This document shows, piece after piece, positions 1 to 10,891 of a stretch of 64,000 nt of DNA (positions are counted from its first letter, which is position 1; each line of letters opens with the position of its first letter). Location of the stretch: assembly GCA_002784465.1 (NCBI GenBank), contig PFLE01000011.1, positions 3,966-67,965 on the forward strand, in the 5' to 3' direction. The DNA is from Candidatus Shapirobacteria bacterium CG_4_10_14_0_8_um_filter_39_15. GTDB taxonomy: Bacteria; Patescibacteriota; Microgenomatia; UM-FILTER-39-15. The notes beneath the pieces are model-generated. The model did not search any database and had not been told where the DNA came from. It worked only from the letters and a program-made list of their open reading frames with translations. The translations under genes and the position numbers were made by a program.

Positions 1-1774
1 CAATTAACAAAATCGCCTTGGTAAATAACACAATAAAGGAGGAAACCCTAATTTTATATTCATAAGATTGGTTGTTGATTTTACCGTTGATGGAACCAAC
101 GCCTTCCCAAATCAGTTTTTGGCTTTTAAAAGCGATCGGCAGGCTGATTGTTCCATAGGGCGGAATAACATTGAGATGTTTTTGGTTTAAAGATAGCAAG
201 GTGAATTGATCGGTTTCAATAAGAAAATCTTTATTATAAACCGCCTCTCCGCCGGTATTTTCTATTTGAATACTACCGTTGGTTTTAAATTCACTGTAAA
301 CTTTTTTAGGAAGATTGAAAATGAATTCCAGATCAAGATTGGGACCCTCTAAATATTTACCGAAAGTGATATCAATATCTCTTGTGTTCTGGTTGCTGGT
401 TTTATAAGCGCCGGCCGGAAGGGGTTTTTCGCTATCAAGGCCGTGAATTGCAAAAACAAAATGATTCAAATCCATATTATGGAAAAAATCAATCACGCCG
501 GTGGTATTTTCCCAAGTCGGATCAACTTGCTTCCAGATATTTAGACTTTCGTCCCAATATTCCGGCCAAGCGTGGAGAATATCCTGATTAAGGCTTAATG
601 GCTTGTTTTGAGGATTATCAGTATAGGAATAACCGGTTAGTTCTCTGGCCGGAATACCGGCCGCCCGCGCAAGTGCGATAAACAGATCCGAAAATTCGGT
701 ACAAATAGCCTGGTCCGGGTTATTCAGTACTGCTCTGGCTCCCATTCTCTCTCTTTTCACTTCAAGTTTTCCATAATCATATTTAAGGGTTTTAACAACA
801 TAATCGTAAATTTTTTCCGGCGTTTTTAACTGCTGGGCCAGATTAATAATTTGCTGATCATCCACTTCCCAATATTTTTGCGGTTTTAAATATTCCTGTT
901 TATCAACAAAAGGTTCATTCATCTGAAAATCGAGATTCGGTTGACTGATAATTTGAACACGGCCTTTAGCAATTACATCCAGTTTTTGACCTTTATTAAG
1001 AAAATATGTTGCCAGCCAATTACCGTCATTATCTTGTTCCACATTTATCGGTTTTGGCTCAAGGCTTTGAAAAGTCATTATTTGATAAGCCGTATCCGGA
1101 GGTAAGGCAATTTGCGTGCTGATATTAGATTTTAAGGGATTTGAGAGATGATAAATTAAGGTAAAATTAAAAATTTGAAAATTACCAAAAGCACCCAGTA
1201 TTCCGAATTGGGAAAGCTGATTTTTATTAAATTCATAAATCTGAAAGCCGTTAATTTCCATCTTGGAAAAAGGATCGAGTGAAAGATAGGCCGGTTTCCC
1301 AAAAGAAGAAGGAATCTTTAAAACTAAATGATAATTATTTATCTGGGCGGAATCGGACAATTTCGGAATCATCACTTCCCAAGCCTGGCCGGATTTTTTA
1401 ATCGAATCGACGGCATCGTAATTTAAAGTGAAAGAAAGTATTTTATCTTTGCCGACCACCGGGCGGCTGAAATTAACAGTAATCTTTGCCTGGGAATTTT
1501 GATTGGTAACCACCGCATCCAGCGGCCCGACAGAATCAAAAGCTTTGATATTAGCAGGGTTCATTCGGTCAAGAATCATGGAATAAGAAGAAGCATAAAT
1601 TTCCGAAGTGTTATTTTTTAAAGAAATATTGTAGGTAAAATGCATGGTCCGATCGGTTTTGGCTTCCGCGGTTACTTGATAATCAGAAGTGAGATTTTCG
1701 TCGGCTTTAGCCGGAGAAATTAAAAAAGCAAAGAAAAAAACCAACAGAAAAAGAATTTTTAGCAAACGATACAT
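1..1774 (-). CDS. Secreted/membrane transglutaminase-like domain protein, 3' end outside window
   Basis: Not in ORF track. Open frame read by hand from ATG at 1774 (MYRLLKILFLLVFFLAF, signal-like) with AICTEFSDLFIALARAAGIPAR, HAWPEY and VDPTW motifs (Cys-His-Asp triad). Confidence 0.85.
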   Translation of the reverse strand, partial: MYRLLKILFLLVFFFAFLISPAKADENLTSDYQVTAEAKTDRTMHFTYNISLKNNTSEIYASSYSMILDRMNPANIKAFDSVGPLDAVVTNQNSQAKITVNFSRPVVGKDKILSFTLNYDAVDSIKKSGQAWEVMIPKLSDSAQINNYHLVLKIPSSFGKPAYLSLDPFSKMEINGFQIYEFNKNQLSQFGILGAFGNFQIFNFTLIYHLSNPLKSNISTQIALPPDTAYQIMTFQSLEPKPINVEQDNDGNWLATYFLNKGQKLDVIAKGRVQIISQPNLDFQMNEPFVDKQEYLKPQKYWEVDDQQIINLAQQLKTPEKIYDYVVKTLKYDYGKLEVKRERMGARAVLNNPDQAICTEFSDLFIALARAAGIPARELTGYSYTDNPQNKPLSLNQDILHAWPEYWDESLNIWKQVDPTWENTTGVIDFFHNMDLNHFVFAIHGLDSEKPLPAGAYKTSNQNTRDIDITFGKYLEGPNLDLEFIFNLPKKVYSEFKTNGSIQIENTGGEAVYNKDFLIETDQFTLLSLNQKHLNVIPPYGTISLPIAFKSQKLIWEGVGSINGKINNQSYEYKIRVSSFIVLFTKAILLI

Positions 1775-1803
1775 CCTGTTAATTTTAGGCCGAATAATGA
1801 CTC

Positions 1804-1832
1804 TTGACAAGAGTTTTGGGTTTTGTTAGGGT
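1804..1832 (+). promoter_or_regulatory. sigma70-type promoter for lexA, near-leaderless
   Basis: TTGACA 1804-1809, 17 bp spacer, TG-n-TAGGGT 1827-1832, ATG at 1839. Confidence 0.55.
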
Positions 1833-1838
1833 ATATAT

Positions 1839-2459
1839 ATGCCGGTAACATTATACAAAAGACAAAAGCAAATCTACGATTTTATTTCCCAATACATCCA
1901 AAAATTCGGCTGCTCGCCAACCCTTCAGCAAATAGCCGACGCGATTAATGTTCATTCTCTGGCCACCATTCACGAACATTTACAGGCAATGGTCAAAAAG
2001 GGCGTCATCCGTAAATACGAAGGAACAATTCGGGGAATTGAATTGATTGACAAAAAAATGGGTGAACTGACCAAAGGGATTGAAGTGCCGATTTTGGGCT
2101 ATATTGCCGCCGGCGCACCAATAGAACCATTCACTGATCCCAATGCCACTTTGCAAGTTTCAGCCTCAATGCTTTCAGGTGGAAAATCCTCCTTTGTTTT
2201 ACAAGTTAAAGGCGAGTCAATGATTGAAGACGGCATTCTTCCGGATGATTATGTCGTGGTTGAACAGCAGGAAGTCGCCAATAACGGCGATATTGTGGTG
2301 GCGCTATTAGATAACGGCTTTGCCACTTTAAAACGATTTTATAAAGAAGCCAGCCGGATCCGTTTGGAACCAGCAAATGCTAAAATGTCTCCTATCTTTG
2401 CCACAAGAGTAAGAATTCAGGGAAAAGTGGTGGGAGTAATCAGAAAATATCAGGTTTAA
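1839..2459 (+). CDS. lexA: LexA repressor
   Basis: N-terminal wHTH, IAAG cleavage site, GESM serine, TLKR lysine. Confidence 0.95.
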   Translation: MPVTLYKRQKQIYDFISQYIQKFGCSPTLQQIADAINVHSLATIHEHLQAMVKKGVIRKYEGTIRGIELIDKKMGELTKGIEVPILGYIAAGAPIEPFTDPNATLQVSASMLSGGKSSFVLQVKGESMIEDGILPDDYVVVEQQEVANNGDIVVALLDNGFATLKRFYKEASRIRLEPANAKMSPIFATRVRIQGKVVGVIRKYQV

Positions 2460-3145
2460 TGAATAAATTATTTTTGGTCGCTACGCCAATAGGCAATCTT
2501 CAAGATATTTCATTTCGCGCGGTAGAAACTTTGAAAACTGTCTCAATAATCGCTTGCGAAGATACCAGAAAAACAGGACAACTGCTTAAAAATTTTGATA
2601 TTCCAAACAAACGCTTGATTTCTTATTATGAAGAAAATGAAATCACCAGGATTCTGGAGATAGTTCAATTAATTAAACTGGGTAATGATGTTGCCTTAAT
2701 TTCTAACGCCGGAACACCGACAATTTCTGATCCGGGCTATAAGCTTGTTCGGGAATGTATCAAACAGGGAATTGTAGTTGAATCAATCCCCGGTCCTTCG
2801 GCTTTATTAACCGCGCTTATTTCTTCAGGATTACCAACGGATAAATTTATGTATTTGGGTTTTCTGCCGGAAAAACAAGGAAAAAAAAGGGCTCTTCTGG
2901 AAAGTTTAAAAACAATTCAACAATTTAATAATTTAACAATCATTGTTTACGAATCCCCTTACCGTTTGCAAAAAACACTGGTTCAAATATTCGAAGTATT
3001 TGGCGATATTGACATTGTTATTGCCAGAGAAATGACTAAAGTTTTCGAAGAGACCAGACGCGAAAAAGTCAGTCAGGCAATCACTCATTTTGCAAAAGTA
3101 AACCCAAAAGGAGAATTTACAATTTTATGGAAACCAGAGTTCTAA
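2459..3145 (+). CDS. rsmI: 16S rRNA C1402 2'-O-methyltransferase
   Basis: LVATPIGNL, ACEDTR, AGTPTISDPG, YESPYR, ARE.TK.FEE, PKGEF. Confidence 0.95.
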   Translation: MNKLFLVATPIGNLQDISFRAVETLKTVSIIACEDTRKTGQLLKNFDIPNKRLISYYEENEITRILEIVQLIKLGNDVALISNAGTPTISDPGYKLVRECIKQGIVVESIPGPSALLTALISSGLPTDKFMYLGFLPEKQGKKRALLESLKTIQQFNNLTIIVYESPYRLQKTLVQIFEVFGDIDIVIAREMTKVFEETRREKVSQAITHFAKVNPKGEFTILWKPEF

Positions 3146-3186
3146 AGCTTGATTCAATCGGAATAATTTTGTCCACATTTTCCATT

Positions 3187-3223
3187 TTCCACATCGGATG
3201 TGGAATAGCTTGACACATCGGGA
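3187..3223 (+). repeat. REP family A, left copy flanking RAYT1
   Basis: TTCCACATCGGATGTGGAA palindrome + TAGCTTGACACATCGGGA; inverted partner at 3917-3953. Confidence 0.85.
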
Positions 3224-3245
3224 ATAAAAGGATAAATTTATTGTA

Positions 3246-3914
3246 ATGCCTTATCGATTTACTCCATTAGTGACAGGACAGTTTTATCACATCTTTAATC
3301 GTGGGATTGCTCGGCAACCAGTTTTTCTAGATAAATATGATTACCAAAGAATGATTGATACTCTTTGGTTTTATCATTTTGCTGAATCTTCTGTCAAATT
3401 TTCTCGCTATTTAACTCTTCCTTATAAACAAAAGACTTCCTTAATTAATACACTTGCACTTTCTAAAGACATCGTCTCTATTAACACTCATGCATTAATG
3501 CCCAATCATTTTCATCTTTTATTAAGTCAAGAAAAAGATGGAGGAATATCTAAGTTTATTAAGAAGGTAATTGATAGCTATACTCGTTTTTTCAATACCA
3601 AATACGAGAGAAATGGAGCCATCTTTCAAGGTCAGTTCAAAGCGAAATTAATCGAATCAGACGAACAACTTCTTCATCTTTCCAGATATATTCATCTAAA
3701 TCCCTATACCTCTCATATTGTGAATAGGTTAGAAGATATTATTAATTATCCCTGGTCTTCAATGAGTGAGTATATGAATATACGAGAGGGGATATCTAAT
3801 CCAAAATATATATTAAGTAATTTTGGGTCAAAAGAGAAATATTTAGAGTTCGTTAACGATCAGAAGAATTATCAGCGAATCTTGGGTGATATTAAGCATC
3901 TTACTTTCGAATAA
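3246..3914 (+). mobile_element. REP-associated tyrosine (HUH/Y1) transposase, RAYT1
   Basis: YHIFNRG, LMPNHFHLLL (HUH), YTRFFN.KY.RNGAIFQGQF, YIHLNP, YPWSS; flanked by inverted palindromic repeats. Confidence 0.9.
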
Positions 3915-3916
3915 TA

Positions 3917-3953
3917 TCCCGACGTGCGAACCTATTCCACATCCGATGTGGAA
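3917..3953 (-). repeat. REP family A, right copy flanking RAYT1
   Basis: Reverse complement reads TTCCACATCGGATGTGGAA-TAGGTTCGCACGTCGGGA. Confidence 0.85.
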
Positions 3954-3974
3954 AGGATATCCGCCGAGAAAAAA

Positions 3975-5684
3975 TTAGTATTCCTCAAGAGTTGAAGTAT
4001 CCCCCAATGGTAAGCCCAATTCTTTGGCTTTTAAATATCTTCTGACAATTTTACCCGACCTGGTTTTGGGTAATCTTTCAATAAATTCTATTTCTCTTGG
4101 ATACGCGTGGCCGGCCAAATGGGTTTTAACGTGCTGTTGAAGCATTTGAATCAGCTTATCCGAACCTTTAAACCCCGGTTTTAGAACAACAAATGCTTTA
4201 ATTATTTCACCCCGCAAAGGATCCGGCTTGCCGATTACGCCCGTCTCCGCGACTTCCTGACATTCCAAAAGCGACGATTCGACTTCAAATGGCCCGACTC
4301 TCTCTCCTGATGTTTTTATTACGTCATCCGCCCGCCCGACAAACCAGAAATAGCCGTCTTTATCTTTATAAGCCAGGTCGCCGGACAAATACCATTTTTT
4401 ACCTTTATTGGTTACAAAATATTTTTGATATTTATGAGGACGGAGCCAAATTGTTTTCATCATTGACGGCCAACCAGGCTTAATCGCCAAATTGCCGATT
4501 TGTTTTTCTTTTAAAACTTCCCCCTTATCATTCACAATATCCGCCACCACGCCGGGAATCGGTTTTCCCATTGACCCGGGTTTAATATCCAAACAGGGAT
4601 AATTGGCAATCAGAATGCCGCCGGTTTCCGTTTGCCACCAGTTGTCATGGAAAGGCAAACCAATCGCTTTTATGCCCCAAAAAACCGCTTCGGGATTTAA
4701 CGGTTCACCCACCGAGGCTAAATGGCGCAAAGACGAAAGATCATATTTTCCGACTAATTTTTTATCGGATGCCGCCAGCATCCGAATAGCCGTTGGTGCC
4801 GTATACCAAACATTTACTTTGTAGTCTTGTATTAGCTGATACCAAGTTGCCGGATCAAAACGGCCGGAATAAATTAAAGAAGAAGCCCCGTTTGACCAGG
4901 AGCCCAGGATTTCATAGGCAATGCCGGTAACCCAACCCGGATCGGCGGTGCACCAATAAACATCTTCATCGTGAATATCCAAGACCCATTTGGCAGTCAG
5001 ATGTTCGACATAAATTGCTTTATGAGAGTGGATTACCCCCTTGGGTTTACCGGTAGTACCGGAAGTATAAAGCATAAACGCCGGCTCATCCGGATCCATT
5101 TGGGCAATTTTAAAAGTATCAACCTGTTTGGCCAGTTCCAAAGCCAGATCTTCAACCAGAACAATTTTTTCCAGATGAACAAGTTTTTTTCTAATTTCAT
5201 TAACTCGCGGTAAAAGATCATTATTGGTGATTAAAATTTTGGCTTTCGAGTTGCTTAGACGATCTAAAAGAGCTTGCGGACCAAAAGCCGAAAACATTGT
5301 TCCGGCAATCGCGCCGATTTTTAGAGTACCTAAAAATCCATAATATAATTCCGGAACTCTGGGCAGAAAAAAGAAAACCCGATCTGATCTTTCAACACCT
5401 AAACTTTTTAAATAATTGGCAAAACGGTTGGATAATAAAGATAATTCCAAAAAAGTATATTTAATTTTTAAACCGGTTTCATCCTGCCAATATAAAGCGA
5501 CTTTGTTTTTTCTTTGATTTCCGGCATTGTAATCGATTGCCCAATAGGCCGCGTTCATTTTACCGCCGGGGAATTTGGGAATACCAAAATCATAAGTTTT
5601 CCAATCGAAAGTCCGATAGGTTTTTTCGTAATCCGTTAAATTCGGCGGATTTTTATACTTCTTTCTTATTTTAGTATCGTTCAT
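3975..5684 (-). CDS. acsA: Acetate--CoA ligase (AMP-forming)
   Basis: YTSGTTGKPKG, WCTADPGWVTG, SVGEPLNPE, WWQTETGG, LPKTRSGKI. Confidence 0.93.
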   Translation of the reverse strand: MNDTKIRKKYKNPPNLTDYEKTYRTFDWKTYDFGIPKFPGGKMNAAYWAIDYNAGNQRKNKVALYWQDETGLKIKYTFLELSLLSNRFANYLKSLGVERSDRVFFFLPRVPELYYGFLGTLKIGAIAGTMFSAFGPQALLDRLSNSKAKILITNNDLLPRVNEIRKKLVHLEKIVLVEDLALELAKQVDTFKIAQMDPDEPAFMLYTSGTTGKPKGVIHSHKAIYVEHLTAKWVLDIHDEDVYWCTADPGWVTGIAYEILGSWSNGASSLIYSGRFDPATWYQLIQDYKVNVWYTAPTAIRMLAASDKKLVGKYDLSSLRHLASVGEPLNPEAVFWGIKAIGLPFHDNWWQTETGGILIANYPCLDIKPGSMGKPIPGVVADIVNDKGEVLKEKQIGNLAIKPGWPSMMKTIWLRPHKYQKYFVTNKGKKWYLSGDLAYKDKDGYFWFVGRADDVIKTSGERVGPFEVESSLLECQEVAETGVIGKPDPLRGEIIKAFVVLKPGFKGSDKLIQMLQQHVKTHLAGHAYPREIEFIERLPKTRSGKIVRRYLKAKELGLPLGDTSTLEEY

Positions 5685-5685
5685 A

Positions 5686-7311
5686 TTAGGGTAGCAGGCT
5701 GCATCCGGTCATTGACGAGGGAATCGGAATTTCCAGCAAAGTTAGAATTGTAGGCGCAATATCGCCCAAAATACCGGTGGGCAACACAACCGACTTGCCT
5801 TCGTATTGCTTGCCGACAATAATAATCGGAACTGGGTTGGAGGAATGTTCCGTATCGACCGCGCCGGTTTTCAAATTAATCATTTCTTCAATATTACCAT
5901 GATCGGCAGTGAGAATAAGCGTTCCGCCCAAAGCAACGACATTTTTAACCACTTTATCTAAACAAGCATCAACCGCTTCACAAGCCTTAATTCCGGCACT
6001 TAAAACGCCGGTGTGGCCGACCATATCCGGATTAGCATAATTGATTAAAATAAAATCATAGGTTTTTTGGGCCACTTTTTCCAAAATATTATTGGTTAAT
6101 TCAACGCAGGACATTTCCGGCTTTAAATCATAGGTTGCCACTTTGGGAGAAGGAATAATTATTTTTTGGGTATTGGTGAAAAAATTCTCGCGCAGGCCGT
6201 CAAAATAATAAGTGACGAATCTTTCTTTTTCCGATTCGCTGGCCCGAAGTTGCACAAGTCCTTTATCGGAAATAATCCTGCCTAAGGGCAAGTCAACATG
6301 GTTTGGAGGAAAAGCAATTTGAACCGGTAATCCGTCCTCATATTCAGTCATGGTAACAAAAAATAAGTTCTTGATTTTCGGACCGCGGGGAAAAGTTTGC
6401 TTAATGTCAGACTCATAATAACTTTTTTTGAAATATTTTTCGGCATAGGGATCAAAAGCGATTTTTTTACCAAGAAGATTATTCATATTGTCGATCACAA
6501 AAGCCTTGGTTAATTGCCGAGGCCGGTCAATCCGGAAATTATAAAAAATTGCCGCGTCGTTAGCGTTTATCCGAGGAAACATTTTACCGTCAGGACCTTT
6601 GAAAATTATTGGTTTTAAAAATTCATCGGTTTCTTTGGCTTTGTAGCGGTCAGCGACGGCCGATTTCGGATCGGAATACAGATCACCTTTGCCTTTAGTC
6701 AAGGCCTCATAGGCAATTTGGGTTCTTTCCCAGCGGTTATCCCGGTCCATGGCATAATACCGGCCGACTAAAGTGGCAATCGTTCCGACACCATCGGATT
6801 TACATAACAATTCTATTTGATCTAGCAGTATCGAAGCAGAATTGGGAGGTGAATCGCGCCCGTCAGTAAATAAATGAAGATAGACTTTTGTTAAACCTTC
6901 AAGTTTGGCCAATTTCATTAAGGCATAAAGATGTTCCATGCTGGAATGAGCCGAACCTTGACCGATTAAACCCATTAAATGCAAGTTGCTGGAATACCTT
7001 TTGCAATGATCGATCGCCCCAAGGAAAGCCGTATTTTTGTAAAAAGAACCGTCGGCCAAAGAAAGATTTATATGAGGAAGATCCTGATAGACGATTTTAC
7101 CGGCGCCTAGATTCAGATGACCGGTTTCCGAATTGCCGCAAATCCCGTGAGGCAAGCCAACCGATTCTCCGGAGGCTTGGAGCTGGCCATGAGGATAGGA
7201 AGCATAAAGATTATTAAAGGTGGGAATTTTGGCCGAAGTTACGGCATTCCCCTTGCTTGGCGGGGCAATTCCCCAACCGTCCAAAATTAGTAAAACAACT
7301 GGTTTGGTCAT
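5686..7311 (-). CDS. gpmI: 2,3-bisphosphoglycerate-independent phosphoglycerate mutase
   Basis: LLILDGWG, GNSETGH, DGRD, GRYYAMDRD, NPDMVGHTG, TADHGN. Confidence 0.95.
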   Translation of the reverse strand: MTKPVVLLILDGWGIAPPSKGNAVTSAKIPTFNNLYASYPHGQLQASGESVGLPHGICGNSETGHLNLGAGKIVYQDLPHINLSLADGSFYKNTAFLGAIDHCKRYSSNLHLMGLIGQGSAHSSMEHLYALMKLAKLEGLTKVYLHLFTDGRDSPPNSASILLDQIELLCKSDGVGTIATLVGRYYAMDRDNRWERTQIAYEALTKGKGDLYSDPKSAVADRYKAKETDEFLKPIIFKGPDGKMFPRINANDAAIFYNFRIDRPRQLTKAFVIDNMNNLLGKKIAFDPYAEKYFKKSYYESDIKQTFPRGPKIKNLFFVTMTEYEDGLPVQIAFPPNHVDLPLGRIISDKGLVQLRASESEKERFVTYYFDGLRENFFTNTQKIIIPSPKVATYDLKPEMSCVELTNNILEKVAQKTYDFILINYANPDMVGHTGVLSAGIKACEAVDACLDKVVKNVVALGGTLILTADHGNIEEMINLKTGAVDTEHSSNPVPIIIVGKQYEGKSVVLPTGILGDIAPTILTLLEIPIPSSMTGCSLLP

Positions 7312-8588
7312 ATTGTTGGCGAGACAGGTTTTAATTCGGCTTCAATTTCCAATAATCGGTTGTATTTGGCAATTCTCTCGCCTCGGGCTGGCGCGCCGAA
7401 TTTAGTATAGTCCGAACCAACGCCAACCGCAAAATCGGCAATAAAATCATCATTCGTTTCCCCTGAACGGTGAGAAACAATGACCTTCCATTTGGCATCG
7501 CGGGCCTGTTTAATTACTTTTATGGTTTCCGAAATGGTTCCAATCTGATTCGGTTTAACCAGAATCGCTCCGCAGGCTTTCCTTTCAATTGCCTTTTTAA
7601 CTCTTTCGGGGTTGGTGCACAGCAGATCATCACCGACTAAAATTGTTTCCGCGGTAACTTCAGCATTCATTTTCGTCCACGAATCCCAATCTTCTTCATA
7701 TAAAGGATCTTCTAGTAAAGATAAAGGATACTGTTCAAAAAGAGACCGGTAGAAATCAATCAAGTCGGCTGTTTCCATCGGCTGGGTCCGATCGCGGATC
7801 GTATAAACGCCATTTCTGTAAAAATTACTGGCGGCGCAGTCCAAGCCTAAAAAAACATCTCTTTTGAATTCAAAACCGCGTTCTTTTATCGCTTGAACAA
7901 TCACTTCTAGGGCATCAAGATTGGTAAATAAATTCGGCGCAAAACCGCCTTCATCGCCAACAGAATGAATCGCCCCGTGCCTGATTAAAATATCTTTAAC
8001 CCCTTGATAGACTTCTTCGGCAATTTCCAGATTTTGTTGATAGCTTTTTTGAGAAGTCAAAATAATATGAAATTCCTGAAATTCCAGATTTCCGGCGCCG
8101 TGTTTTCCCCCGTTGATTAAATTAAAAGTTGGTACCGGTATTATTATCGGGCCCAAAACTAACCCAATACCGGCGGCTAACTCCCGGACATACCGGTAAG
8201 TTGGTAATCCTTTGGCCAGAGCGCCCGCCTCGCAAATCCCTTGAGAAACACTTAATATAGAATTTGATCCCAGGTTACTTTTATTAAAACTGCCATCCAG
8301 ACGAATTAAAATATCATCAATTTCGAATTGCTTTGTTGGATCAAGACCAATTAATTTTGGCCCCATTATTTGATTGACATTATTAACCGCTTTCAAAACA
8401 CCCAAACCACCATAACGATTGGGATCGTTATCTCGAAGTTCCGAGGCTTCCATCGACCCGGTAGAAGCACCGGAAGGGACAGAAGCGATCGCTTTTTGAT
8501 TATTATCCAACCAAACAGCCGTTTCCACGGTTGGATTTCCGCGGCTGTCTAAGATTTCTCGTGCTTGAATGGCTTTAATTAAACTCAT
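7308..8588 (-). CDS. eno: Enolase
   Basis: EILDSRGNPTVE, VPSGASTG, VGDEGGF, SHRSGET, ERIAKYNRLL. Confidence 0.96.
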   Translation of the reverse strand: MSLIKAIQAREILDSRGNPTVETAVWLDNNQKAIASVPSGASTGSMEASELRDNDPNRYGGLGVLKAVNNVNQIMGPKLIGLDPTKQFEIDDILIRLDGSFNKSNLGSNSILSVSQGICEAGALAKGLPTYRYVRELAAGIGLVLGPIIIPVPTFNLINGGKHGAGNLEFQEFHIILTSQKSYQQNLEIAEEVYQGVKDILIRHGAIHSVGDEGGFAPNLFTNLDALEVIVQAIKERGFEFKRDVFLGLDCAASNFYRNGVYTIRDRTQPMETADLIDFYRSLFEQYPLSLLEDPLYEEDWDSWTKMNAEVTAETILVGDDLLCTNPERVKKAIERKACGAILVKPNQIGTISETIKVIKQARDAKWKVIVSHRSGETNDDFIADFAVGVGSDYTKFGAPARGERIAKYNRLLEIEAELKPVSPTI

Positions 8589-10891
8589 GACGTTTTTTTA
8601 ATTAACCGGTTTTCGGCTTCGTAAACGGTTTGTCTGACTTGATCAATAACGTCTGGATTAACCGAGATGGAAGTAATCCCCCACTCGACTAATTTATCAA
8701 CTAAATCAGGATACATACTTGGAGCTTGACCGCAAATTGAGCAGGTAACTTGATATTTATGACAGGTTTTAATCACTTTTTCAAGCGCCCATAAAACCGC
8801 CGGATCTTTTTCGCTAAAAATCGGCGCCACTTCACTGTTATCCCGATCAATACCTAAAATTAACATTGTTAGGTCGTTTGAGCCGATCGAAACGCCATCA
8901 ATGCCGATTTTGATAAAATCCTCCAGCATTATTACATTGGAAGGAATTTCCACCATAATCCAAAGTTTAAAAGTCGGCGACCTTAATAATCCCTTGGAAG
9001 CCATAATCTTTTTAACTTGGGCTAATTCCCAGGGAATATGAATAAACGGAATCATTAAATTTAAATTATCATATTTTTCTCTGACTTTTTTAATTGCGTC
9101 CAGTTCCAATTCAAAAACGTTCGGATCGGATAGATAGCGGAAGGCGCCGCGGTAGCCAAGCAAGGGATTCGGTTCTTCGGGTTCAAAGGTTTTGCCGCCG
9201 GTTAAATTCCGGTATTCATTGGTTTTAAAATCAGTGGCACGGTAAACAACCGGACGCGGATAGAATTGCTCACAAAATTTACTCAAACCGCGAAACATGT
9301 GGTCAATGAACAAATTTTGTTTCCGTTCTTCAATGAGTTTTTTCGGATGAATTCCCAATTGAGCCACCAAAAATTCGGCGCGGGCTAAACCAATCCCGTC
9401 AACATTCTTTTGCGCAATTTCCGACGCCAAATCCGGTTCGGCCAAATTAACATAAATTTTAGTGGCGGTTCTTAAAAGATTTTGAGAATGAGAATCGCCT
9501 GAAACTAAGGGAGTCAGTATTTCTGCTTTTTCCGATTGATCATTTTTACTAAAAGGTTTATAAATTTCGCCGGTTTTACCATTAACGGTGACGAACTGCC
9601 CGGTTTTTAAGACTTTGGTCGCCGTTTGAGTTCCGACAATACAGGGAACACCCAGTTCACGTGAGACAATGGCCGCGTGAGAGGTTTGACCACCCCGATC
9701 GGTAATAATGGCAACCACGTCTCTCAAAGCCGGAACAAAATCGGGAGTGGTCATTTCGGTGACTAAAATATCGCCTTTTGTCACTTTACCGATTTCTTTT
9801 GGTGAGTGAATAATTTTTACCGGACCGGTAGCGATTCCCGGACAGGCAGAAATACCAGTAAGCAAAACAGTTTTTTTCTTATTTTCTTCCTCCAGTTCTC
9901 GCTTCCCGCCTCCCGCCTCTTTGTTCTCTAACGTGGTGATGGGTCGCGTTTGTACAAAATATAATTTCCCTTTTTCAATTGCCCATTCGCAATCCTGGGG
10001 AAAGAAATAATGAGCTTGAAGTTCTTTACCGAATTTAGCAATCTTTAAAATCATTTTGTCATCAATTTTTCTTCGATCTTGCTTACTTTGGGGAACTTTT
10101 ACTTCTTTGGTAATATGGTTAATTTGAGTCAACTGAACGGTTTGGGTATTAGTTTCCGTCCCTATTATTTTCATTTCGCTTTTATTAATTAAATAGCGGT
10201 CAGGTGTTACTTGGCCTTGAACAATCATTTCTCCTAATCCCCAAACCGCTTCGATCACCATTTCGTTTTTAGCATTGGTGACCGGATTGACAGTAAACAT
10301 CACTCCGGAAACATCAGATTGAATCATTTTTTGAACCGGAACAGCCAAACCGACTTTAAAATGATCAAAATGATTCTGTTGGCGGTAGAAAATCGCCCGC
10401 GGTTCAAAAAGAGAAGCATAGCATTCCTGTACCGCGCGGACAATATTAGCTTCACCCTTGATATTTAGAAAACTTCTTTGTTGGCCGGCAAAAGATGCCG
10501 TCGGCAAATCTTCGGCCGTGGCGGAGGAACGAACAGCAACCAAAGTATGATTAATATTGTTACCTAATTTTAAATAAGATTTCATAATTTCCAAGGCCAG
10601 ATCTCGGGGAAAAATTGCTTTTTGAAAAACCTTTTTAATTTTATCGGAAACAGCCGTATAACTTGAGGGATCATCGCGATTAACTTCAGTTAAAATACTT
10701 TTTATTTTTGGTTGAAGATTATTTTGCTCAAGAAAATAAAAATATGCTTGGGAAGAAATCACGAAACCAGGGGGAACAGGAATCCCGAAGTTATACATTT
10801 CCCCCAAATTAGCACCTTTACCGCCAACCAAAGGAATATCTTCCTTATGAATTTCTTTAAACCAGGCAATATATTTTTGGGCAGTGTTCAT
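8585..10891 (-). CDS. ppsA: Phosphoenolpyruvate synthase
   Basis: VGGKGANLGE, VRSSATAEDL, TSHAAIVSRE phospho-His, SIGSNDLT, ICGQAPS. Confidence 0.95.
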   Translation of the reverse strand: MNTAQKYIAWFKEIHKEDIPLVGGKGANLGEMYNFGIPVPPGFVISSQAYFYFLEQNNLQPKIKSILTEVNRDDPSSYTAVSDKIKKVFQKAIFPRDLALEIMKSYLKLGNNINHTLVAVRSSATAEDLPTASFAGQQRSFLNIKGEANIVRAVQECYASLFEPRAIFYRQQNHFDHFKVGLAVPVQKMIQSDVSGVMFTVNPVTNAKNEMVIEAVWGLGEMIVQGQVTPDRYLINKSEMKIIGTETNTQTVQLTQINHITKEVKVPQSKQDRRKIDDKMILKIAKFGKELQAHYFFPQDCEWAIEKGKLYFVQTRPITTLENKEAGGGKRELEEENKKKTVLLTGISACPGIATGPVKIIHSPKEIGKVTKGDILVTEMTTPDFVPALRDVVAIITDRGGQTSHAAIVSRELGVPCIVGTQTATKVLKTGQFVTVNGKTGEIYKPFSKNDQSEKAEILTPLVSGDSHSQNLLRTATKIYVNLAEPDLASEIAQKNVDGIGLARAEFLVAQLGIHPKKLIEERKQNLFIDHMFRGLSKFCEQFYPRPVVYRATDFKTNEYRNLTGGKTFEPEEPNPLLGYRGAFRYLSDPNVFELELDAIKKVREKYDNLNLMIPFIHIPWELAQVKKIMASKGLLRSPTFKLWIMVEIPSNVIMLEDFIKIGIDGVSIGSNDLTMLILGIDRDNSEVAPIFSEKDPAVLWALEKVIKTCHKYQVTCSICGQAPSMYPDLVDKLVEWGITSISVNPDVIDQVRQTVYEAENRLIKKTS

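Noticed and set aside
382-591. Short antisense or alternate-frame ORFs within long genes throughout the track
   Set aside because: They lie inside well-supported genes and carry no motifs
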